From an archaeon (GTDB lineage Archaea; Iainarchaeota; Iainarchaeia; Iainarchaeales; CSSED10-239), in the NCBI GenBank assembly GCA_035400625.1, contig DAOMZT010000005.1, positions 38,696 through 57,631 of the forward strand: a stretch of DNA of 18,936 bases. Direction: 5' to 3'. The notes under the pieces were generated by a model. The model ran no database searches. It was given only the letters and a program-made list of their open reading frames with translations, and was not told where the DNA came from. Each line of letters opens with the position of its first letter. Within the stretch, counting starts at the first letter, position 1. Positions 9,201 to 14,462 of the stretch are shown in pieces. A program made the position numbers and the translations under genes.

Positions 9201-10976
9201 TGTTTTTAAGAATAATGGATTACTAGAAAAATATTGGTTTTCAAAATAATAATTTACAAATAAATTTGTAGTAGGATTATCAAGCATTATTTTGGCGTTT
9301 TTAGTTGCAGGGGTGATTTCTGAAACCTTTACAACCACAGTTTTAGGTTCTAAGTTCACACTAAAATCAGACAAATTTAATTTCCAATAATTACCAAACA
9401 TTTGTGTGTGTTCATTATTTAGTATTCTTGTGGTTTCTTCTTTAAATGGCTTAATATTATAAATAAAATAATTTAGGCCTTCTGAATAATAAATATTTGA
9501 ATAGCCTTGTGTTTTGTATTCTAAGCCATATAATAGTTTAGAATAGACATCATCATTTACTCTTGAAACTTTAAAATTATTAATAGAAGAAAGGTATTTT
9601 TCTAATGTTATTTGATAATGGGTATGATAGTCTGTATATTTATAATAATCAGAACCTAAAATCTCTTGTAATAATCTATTAAATTCAGAATCACTAACTG
9701 CTGGCTCATTATTTGTTAAGTCTAAAATTGTTAATTTTCTATATTCCTCAGGAACAGAGTTTAACACAGCAATAGAAAATTCCAAAGATTCGGATATAGA
9801 ATTGTTTGTTGATAATTCAGTTATTAAAGACAAGTCTTGTTCAAGATAAGTTCCTACTTTTGAAATTAAGTTGTTTTTTCCTTTTTTGTATTTTATGTTT
9901 CCCATTTCTATATAGTTATTATCAGTAATAGCATCTATCTTTTTTGAAACCGCTATTCTGAACTGATCTTGATCAACATAGTATTCCCCATAATCAAAAA
10001 GATCTGATGGAATATTATTGTTCCATTCAAAATATAATCTGTCTAAGCCAAACACCTCTAAAGAATCATTAGTAAAACCGGAGATTCTAGAGCCATCTGG
10101 CAAAAGACAAACATTTTCTTTGGCACTCAAATATTCAGTTATTGATTTCTTTTTTTCTTCAAAGACAGATTCACCACATGAAGAAAAGCCATTTTCATTT
10201 ATTCCATAGTCTTTTAGATGGCAATATGGGCAATAAAATTCTATAATGTTTCTATTAATTTGAAACAAGGTGTATTTATTAAAAGAATCATAATCTAGTT
10301 GTAAAATATTAGTATTATATATTCCACTTACATTTTGATTACTATCTGTTTCTATAATTTGCAAAGAAAAGTTAGTGATGTTAGGTTTTAGATTTAAAAG
10401 TAATTTGTTATTGGTGATGTTGCTTTTGTTTAGTTTAAGATATCTAGGTACAGAGTTTATTTCTATTATTGAAGATGTTGCATTTACAAATCTGTTCTTT
10501 TCAGGTATCTGACTAGATTGAGGATTATCAATAACCAAATATATTGCTTGAGTAGTATCTGATAAATCTAGTTTTAGTTCTAGGGTTTTGTCTTTTGTAA
10601 TTTCTTGAGAGGAATTGTTAATAACATATGTTCTGCCTTGATTAAAAACATATATTCTTTTTTTCAGATTTAAATTTTCTTTTAAAAAATAATGAGGGAT
10701 ATCTAGAGATTTGTAATTTAATTGAGCATTAAGAGAAAAACCTAAATTTTGGTCAACAGAAGTAAAAAGGGTTATTGTGTCTTGAGATTCTTCTTGTTCA
10801 GTATCTGGAAAAACTAAGGGGATTGTTGAATTATCTAATTCCCCTTCTATTCCATTTATTGCAAAAGGCACAACTACAGGGGAGCTTTCATCTTCTGCAA
10901 CCATAAATGGCAATATTAAGAAAATAAAAAGCATTATCATTATTTTTGAATATTTCATAACTTGTTCACATTTCAT
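6264..10976 (-). CDS. Giant secreted multidomain cell-wall-active protein: signal peptide + about 880 aa of unknown Asn-rich region + NlpC/P60-like peptidase + YkuD L,D-transpeptidase + GH73-like N-acetylglucosaminidase
   Basis: 1570-aa uninterrupted ORF. The signal peptide is MKYSKIMIMLFIFLILPFMVA; a start at the second ATG (10958) is plausible. NlpC/P60-like module: NFCSAF (Cys codon 8223-8225), YSHVVVYLG (His codon 8010-8012), HYIIHSW. YkuD module: IYIHGTN...SHGCIRM (Cys codon 7134-7136). GH73-like module: ILAIFQREKS (Glu codon 6588-6590), NNPTGIKA, FCVYPSLDAGFEATLINL. Confidence 0.85.
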   Translation of the reverse strand: MKCEQVMKYSKIMIMLFIFLILPFMVAEDESSPVVVPFAINGIEGELDNSTIPLVFPDTEQEESQDTITLFTSVDQNLGFSLNAQLNYKSLDIPHYFLKENLNLKKRIYVFNQGRTYVINNSSQEITKDKTLELKLDLSDTTQAIYLVIDNPQSSQIPEKNRFVNATSSIIEINSVPRYLKLNKSNITNNKLLLNLKPNITNFSLQIIETDSNQNVSGIYNTNILQLDYDSFNKYTLFQINRNIIEFYCPYCHLKDYGINENGFSSCGESVFEEKKKSITEYLSAKENVCLLPDGSRISGFTNDSLEVFGLDRLYFEWNNNIPSDLFDYGEYYVDQDQFRIAVSKKIDAITDNNYIEMGNIKYKKGKNNLISKVGTYLEQDLSLITELSTNNSISESLEFSIAVLNSVPEEYRKLTILDLTNNEPAVSDSEFNRLLQEILGSDYYKYTDYHTHYQITLEKYLSSINNFKVSRVNDDVYSKLLYGLEYKTQGYSNIYYSEGLNYFIYNIKPFKEETTRILNNEHTQMFGNYWKLNLSDFSVNLEPKTVVVKVSEITPATKNAKIMLDNPTTNLFVNYYFENQYFSSNPLFLKTINALSYNRGNIFENTTSFTSNLPEIIDNYNNLQNGNVVSIDSAHPDFIINLTEPVIINKDAGEEIIIKYYNGREYVNYTNNLLTINNSREEFATKETIVIYPPKLENASYPIIIESQSPLVFNVDVFESTENGRHVYRLNKENQDFRFFELINNIYNSEACFSISENKFSLWKNIDEELDVKKEESYLEFASALGNSNVGSLENQTAQNQNMQPNDSFAVYTIDDSQTLYKNIQAVNTFIKTETDNRNLNILKDYSKVYKKIIKNEPTLNKEFSDLLNCNETLICKISKTKYVPKDSFFERYRNTCVSNTPTDCVSFWSNPKVNFCSAFIRNFNNNFFGYRFDSADAWNLAKQPNNISIWKATTGSLQEKNFDLLIPGSVLGIKHNNTSYKDKEYSHVVVYLGKIGSNHYIIHSWVNTLKIERLDVFLKTTARWKNAYGYYENGQIKEVMISNNLNQKLIAKAKENGVFLGSVDTSINQGNIPEYIFDSSSFNMLLTGVNPNDSPVYKELEEVYNRILQKEFDIYYKNSYSTEDYPEINEKIRLDPKEPMIVILGKYKKLFLVNKENNKTNIIAEFPLSTGVNGFGCVNDSYKTPIGLFKIVQKVGQNCLPYQIIDESGCKCNNSTPVISKKNVGTAYVVTRKLVIDGLEKGNIGVGCENGNRNTIYRGIYIHGTNKENSMGQQRSHGCIRMLNDDVITLFDFVKNGTYVYIYNSETSYSSLLDLENKFVSNGTSFNQLVHFDKVWLDKFMLSIKGSAKPTKSEPKTKEEIINSLDKGTGSCYTTNANTLTKLRSGDLGLAKKVNTKRAKNSVVVTSAPSVSLDDIKKIAGDRPNRYKADEKFIRAIPTLYNLCAIYEVDPIFILAIFQREKSMYNKLSGSYKNGALTATNNPTGIKATNGCACGGRKAKNGNFCVYPSLDAGFEATLINLKNNYSGTVLSTGSNKKKGVAEKWNPGETPKYGKELVGFINQFYGYLS

Positions 10977-11070
10977 AATTGTTTCACATTTAAATTACAT
11001 ATATTATATTATATCTAAATATATATAAACTTTTCATAAATGATCTTGTTGTCCATAAACCCCCTCACTA

Positions 11071-11108
11071 TTTCGATAATTTTCAATAAGTTTCGCTAAG
11101 TTTCGCTA
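11071..11108. repeat. Three copies of TTTCG(A/C)TA, two of them within a perfect 10-bp tandem (AGTTTCGCTA x2), in the divergent intergenic region
   Basis: TTTCGATA at 11071-11078. AGTTTCGCTA at 11089-11098 and 11099-11108. The repeats lie between the giant gene (minus) and the 11208 operon (plus), so they are a candidate transcription-factor binding site. Confidence 0.6.
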
Positions 11109-11110
11109 AA

Positions 11111-11124
11111 AGTATTTAAATACT
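11111..11124. promoter_or_regulatory. Perfect 14-bp palindrome AGTATTTAAATACT containing a TTTAAATA TATA-like core; candidate promoter for the 11208 transcription unit
   Basis: The sequence equals its own reverse complement. The same TTTAAATA core recurs at 12411-12418, about 26 nt upstream of another start codon. It would place a TSS near 11145, upstream of the GAGGTGA SD at 11194-11200. Confidence 0.45.
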
Positions 11125-11207
11125 GAAAAACAAGAGTTACTTATAATGTGCCATTAACACAGACACATTAAAATCCCCTATTCCAAAAAAAGCGAGGTGA
11201 AATGAAA

Positions 11208-11327
11208 ATGAAGAAATTAAGTTGTCCAGCAAAAAAACTAAGACAATTAGTTTTTGCAATTTTTGTTTACCTTGCTATTCTTGGTACCTTGATATTCACA
11301 TTATTAAAAATAAGATTTGTAAAATAA
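11208..11327 (+). CDS. Small single-pass membrane protein (39 aa; 41 aa if started at 11202), absent from the ORF track
   Basis: ATG AAA ATG AAG... encodes M(KM)KKLSCPAKKLRQLVFAIFVYLAILGTLIFTLLKIRFVK, ending at TAA 11325-11327. GAGGTGA at 11194-11200 lies 7 nt upstream of the ATG at 11208. The stop is followed by GGAGG (11331-11335) and the next ATG at 11342, which suggests translational coupling. Confidence 0.55.
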   Translation: MKKLSCPAKKLRQLVFAIFVYLAILGTLIFTLLKIRFVK

Positions 11328-11341
11328 ATTGGAGGAAGAAA

Positions 11342-12376
11342 ATGAATATAAAAAAAATAACAAATATAATAGTCGCAATATTTGCAATGACTGTATTTTT
11401 TATTGCAACAGCTCCTAAGTTGTTTGCAGATAGTTCAATATTAACAACTAGTGGTTCTTATGCCCCTGCAGATATTACATATCAACTAAACATACCTTGT
11501 GCAATAGATAGAACAAAGATAATATTGCCTGCTAAAATTCAACTAAACTCTGATGGGCAATATAAAGCCATTTGTAACTCTAGTGCCTATTTTAATGAAG
11601 AAACAGAAGTTTATCATTTAAAGAAAAATGAAGGCTATTATCTAGATATAGTAATATTGCCTGAAAAGACAAGCAAAAAGATAAATTTTTCTGAAATTGA
11701 AACAATAACATTAGATTTCTATAATCAAGATAATGAAAAGGCATGTTTTACTAAAAAACTAACCAAAGATACAACACAAGAAAATCTGTATGTTGGAAAA
11801 ATAAGTTATGTTAAAGGAAACGATTCTAAAGAATCTGCTTTAGAGAACATGGAAGGCTTTATTAATTCTTGCGGAATGGATACAACACTTAAATTTGAGG
11901 TTAGTGTAGAATCAAAAATAGGTGAAAAATTCACAGCAACAAACTCTGGAAATATAAAATACCTAGTTATTGACTCTGACAATTCAAATATAGTTGCAGA
12001 AAACGCAAGAGTCCAAAAACAAGTACAAGTAAGAAAAATGCAATCAAATTCTGAAAACAAAAACATCCAACAAAGAGAATCTATAAATGCCATTAATAAA
12101 GCACAGATATCTAAACAACTAACAATTAGAAACAATAATGAATTTTATATGGTTAGAGAAAACAAGGTAAAAAAGATAATGCCAGTTACACAAATGCTTC
12201 AAGAAAACAAAATAAATGTTGCAAAGGTAATTGGGGACATAAACCTAGAAACAGTTTCAGAGACACCAACCTATGTTTTTGAAGTCAAAGAACAAAGAAA
12301 ACTATTTGGGTTTATTCCAATTGGTCACAAAATAACTAAAAAAAGAATATCTGCAATAAAGGAAATTACAGAATAA
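11342..12376 (+). CDS. Secreted protein of unknown function (Sec-type signal peptide)
   Basis: The ORF-track entry 11222..12376 starts at TTG and overlaps the small ORF. The ATG at 11342 has GGAGG 6 nt upstream and gives MNIKKITNIIVAIFAMTVFFIATAPKLFA/DSS, a classic signal peptide. No family was recognised. Confidence 0.75.
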   Translation: MNIKKITNIIVAIFAMTVFFIATAPKLFADSSILTTSGSYAPADITYQLNIPCAIDRTKIILPAKIQLNSDGQYKAICNSSAYFNEETEVYHLKKNEGYYLDIVILPEKTSKKINFSEIETITLDFYNQDNEKACFTKKLTKDTTQENLYVGKISYVKGNDSKESALENMEGFINSCGMDTTLKFEVSVESKIGEKFTATNSGNIKYLVIDSDNSNIVAENARVQKQVQVRKMQSNSENKNIQQRESINAINKAQISKQLTIRNNNEFYMVRENKVKKIMPVTQMLQENKINVAKVIGDINLETVSETPTYVFEVKEQRKLFGFIPIGHKITKKRISAIKEITE

Positions 12377-12397
12377 TTTCCTTTTTCTTGTTTTTTT
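12377..12397 (+). terminator. Oligo-T tract (TTTCCTTTTTCTTGTTTTTTT) immediately after the stop codon; archaeal-style intrinsic terminator candidate
   Basis: The tract is read directly and follows TAA at 12374-12376. Runs of T are the known archaeal termination signal. Confidence 0.5.
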
Positions 12398-12410
12398 AAC
12401 AATAAGTAAC

Positions 12411-12420
12411 TTTAAATATA
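12411..12420 (+). promoter_or_regulatory. TATA-box candidate TTTAAATATA positioned for a leaderless transcript starting at ATG 12442
   Basis: The box centre is about 26-27 nt upstream of the ATG at 12442, matching the canonical archaeal TATA-to-TSS spacing. No SD lies between them. Confidence 0.5.
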
Positions 12421-12441
12421 AGATTGCAATATAATATTATT

Positions 12442-13308
12442 ATGTTTTTAAAAAAAATAATGCCTATCTTTATTTTTTTAATAATACTTAATTATAATTT
12501 TGCACAAACAATTGATTTTCAAAAAACAGAAATAACACATTACGAATTTGACACCTATAAAATTAAAGATAGCCTTATTGTATCAAACATAAATAACAAC
12601 CAACTTGTATTTGATATAGTTCCTTGCTATGATGTGATTGTTAAAATTAATAATCACAAAACAGATTCTATTTCTTACAACCTAAACACACTAACCATTA
12701 ACTTAAATGATAATTTAAAAGATTTAGAAAAGATAAATATAGAAATTATCTATTTGACAGATTACTATACTAATAAAGAAAAAGGCACGTGGATATTAAA
12801 TTACGGTTCAAGATATAAGGACAAAATTGATGAACTTAAAATAACACTTCCAAAAAATGCAAAAATCCTAGATACTCCAAGTGGTGCTACTGCACAAGTG
12901 ATTAATAAACAGATAAATCTTTCTTTAAAAGAAATTGCAGAAACTCACATAAATTACGAAACACCAGAATCTTCTTCAGGACCTAATTATTTTGTTATGA
13001 GTCTAGTTCTAATAATCGGAATAGTTTCATTTTACTTTGCATATAAGAAAAAACCAAAAGTAAAAAATAAAGCCAAAAGTAAAACTTCAGATTTACTTCT
13101 TGGTCTAAACGAAAACGAACAAAAAATAATTAAAGTTGTTATGGAGAAAGAAGGGCAAACACAGAAAGCAATTACTGCAAAAAGCTTTCTACCAAAAGGC
13201 ACAGTTTCCAGAAATATTAAAAAGCTTTCGGACAAAGGATATATTGAAATAAAGAAATATGGCGTAAGCAACAAGATATTTCTTGGTGAGGTTTTTAATA
13301 AAAAATAA
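12442..13308 (+). CDS. Membrane-tethered winged-helix (MarR/ArsR-like) transcriptional regulator with an extracytoplasmic N-terminal domain
   Basis: The ATG at 12442 is preferred over the track's TTG at 12424. The N-terminal hydrophobic segment is MFLKKIMPIFIFLIILNYNFA, followed by an ectodomain of about 170 aa. The TM helix is YFVMSLVLIIGIVSFYFAY (about 12987-13046), followed by KKKPKVKNKAKSK. The C-terminal wHTH-like segment is LNENEQKIIKVVMEKEGQTQKAITAKSFLPKGTVSRNIKKLSDKGYIEIKKYG. Confidence 0.7.
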   Translation: MFLKKIMPIFIFLIILNYNFAQTIDFQKTEITHYEFDTYKIKDSLIVSNINNNQLVFDIVPCYDVIVKINNHKTDSISYNLNTLTINLNDNLKDLEKINIEIIYLTDYYTNKEKGTWILNYGSRYKDKIDELKITLPKNAKILDTPSGATAQVINKQINLSLKEIAETHINYETPESSSGPNYFVMSLVLIIGIVSFYFAYKKKPKVKNKAKSKTSDLLLGLNENEQKIIKVVMEKEGQTQKAITAKSFLPKGTVSRNIKKLSDKGYIEIKKYGVSNKIFLGEVFNKK

Positions 13309-13319
13309 GGAGGATAAAT

Positions 13320-13691
13320 ATGGATGGTTTTTTAACAAACAACAATATTACTGAACCAGAAATAAAAGATACTCCTGATATTAAAAAGATTAAAAAAATA
13401 AAAGAAAAGCCAATAAAAGTAAAGCCAGTAAAAATAAAAGAACCAAAGGCTCCTAGAAAACCTAATGTTCTTAGGGCATTATTAATTGGGCTACTATTAT
13501 TTGGGTTACTTGCTGGTTCTTTTGTAGCATACGACAAATACAAAAAAGGTGAATTAAATCTAGAAAATATAAAATTTTTAAAATTTCTAGATTTAAATAA
13601 CTCTAAACAAGAAGACACAAACAGAAATATTGAACCACAAAATATTGATACTAATTTTCCTGATTTAAATAACGATCAAAATAACATGTGA
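13320..13691 (+). CDS. Small single-pass membrane protein with a Lys/Pro-rich N-terminal region
   Basis: 123-aa ORF. GGAGG at 13309-13313 lies 6 nt before the ATG and directly after the upstream stop, so the gene is probably co-transcribed. The N-terminal KKIKKIKEKPIKVKPVKIKEPKAPRKP is followed by the TM helix ALLIGLLLFGLLAGSFVAY. Confidence 0.65.
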   Translation: MDGFLTNNNITEPEIKDTPDIKKIKKIKEKPIKVKPVKIKEPKAPRKPNVLRALLIGLLLFGLLAGSFVAYDKYKKGELNLENIKFLKFLDLNNSKQEDTNRNIEPQNIDTNFPDLNNDQNNM

Positions 13692-13693
13692 CT

Positions 13694-14266
13694 TTATACT
13701 CTTAATTTAGGTCTTACTGGTCTTTTTTGTTTTTTGATAGTAACGGTTAGTGATTCTCTCTTTTTATCTAATTTTCTTTTACTCATAGAGTATCTAAAAT
13801 TCGAATTGTATTGTCTTCTCTTGCCATTAATATTTGCTTGAGCAGTAAGTTGTTTAAGTGATCTGTGCAAGGCGGGGTTAGCAACCATATCTATCCTAGT
13901 AAAACCTTTTGTTCTTATTTTTGCAACAGTATTAATCAGTAATTTCCTGCCAAGACCTCTTGCTTGGTGTTCTTTTCTTATAGCAATTCTACCAATGTAT
14001 GCACTTTCTTTATCTCCTCTATTAGATATAGAGAAACCAATTATTTTTTTATTTTTATGCAATAGATTAATGTAAACTCCAAATTCTCCTAATTCTTTTA
14101 ATCCATCATATAGATTTGATTTTAGCAAGTTAAAATATTCATCTTTTTTACAATTTACTAAATTATTAGTATATTCTATTTCATACAATTGATTAATCAG
14201 GCTTTCTTTTTTAAGAAATGCAACAACATCTTCTTTGTTGTTTAATATTATGTTTTGATATTTCAT
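13694..14266 (-). CDS. GNAT-family N-acetyltransferase with an Arg/Lys-rich C-terminal tail
   Basis: The true start is the ATG at 14266 (MKYQNIILNN...). The first 32 codons of the track ORF (to 14362) are a read-through of the tRNA-Leu gene. The acetyl-CoA motif A is IGRIAIRKEHQARGLGRKLL. The tail is ...GKRRQYNSNFRYSMSKRKLDKKRESLTVTIKKQKRPVRPKLRV. Confidence 0.8.
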   Translation of the reverse strand: MKYQNIILNNKEDVVAFLKKESLINQLYEIEYTNNLVNCKKDEYFNLLKSNLYDGLKELGEFGVYINLLHKNKKIIGFSISNRGDKESAYIGRIAIRKEHQARGLGRKLLINTVAKIRTKGFTRIDMVANPALHRSLKQLTAQANINGKRRQYNSNFRYSMSKRKLDKKRESLTVTIKKQKRPVRPKLRV

Positions 14267-14278
14267 AAAAATCTTAAA

Positions 14279-14360
14279 TGCTAAGGGCAGGATTCGAACC
14301 TGCGAAGCACTAAGCACCAGATCTTGAGTCTGGCTCCTTTGACCGCTCGGAAACCCTAGC
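14279..14360 (-). tRNA. tRNA-Leu (anticodon CAA), class II with long variable arm, no encoded CCA
   Basis: The reverse complement folds as follows. Acceptor GCTAGGG/CCTTAGC (one G-U pair). D-arm TCC-GAGCGGTCAAA-GGA (archaeal/eukaryal style). Anticodon stem CCAGA/TCTGG with loop CTCAAGA. A 13-nt variable region. T-arm GCAGG-TTCGAAT-CCTGC. Discriminator A. Confidence 0.88.
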
Positions 14361-14462
14361 AAGGCTTTTTTATATAATAATTTAAGATATATTTATCGTA
14401 TATAATTTAGTATAAAAAGAGTTATAAACATTAATTTTCATATAATATATAGCGATTAAATT

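Noticed and set aside
6661-10209. Plus-strand ORFs inside the giant minus-strand gene (6661..6855, 7049..7312, 8038..8427, 10018..10209)
   Set aside because: They are shadow frames of a 4.7-kb gene with strong domain signatures. They contain no recognisable motifs and have no translation signals.
6264-10976. Alternative genetic code (UGA or UAG reassignment), considered as a way to explain the giant ORF or the taxonomy
   Set aside because: The standard code gives full-length, motif-complete proteins for every gene. TAA, TAG and TGA all appear as terminal stops (for example TGA ends the giant gene and TAG ends the 4202 ORF), so there is no evidence of recoding.
11038-11126. Archaeal C/D box sRNA in the 10977-11201 intergenic region
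   Set aside because: Only a degenerate AUGAUC (near 11040) and a CUGA (11123-11126) are present. They are about 88 nt apart, with no terminal stem and no D'/C' boxes, which does not meet the RUGAUGA...CUGA criteria.
11222-11341. TTG-initiated 40-codon extension of the secreted protein (and the analogous TTG at 12424 for the wHTH protein)
   Set aside because: The extension is Cys-rich junk and overlaps the better-supported small ORF in another frame. The internal ATG at 11342 has a GGAGG SD and yields a canonical signal peptide. The ATG at 12442 fits the TATA spacing.
4834-14360. Genomic island integrated at tRNA-Val or tRNA-Leu
   Set aside because: No integrase, recombinase or transposase gene is present. 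By eye I see no direct repeat of either tRNA 3' half elsewhere in the window. Composition looks uniform throughout. This cannot be fully excluded without a computational repeat search.
14267-14362. N-terminal 32 codons of the 222-aa ORF 13694..14362
   Set aside because: This segment coincides almost entirely with the tRNA-Leu gene and is a chance open frame. The GNAT homology starts at the internal ATG at 14266.
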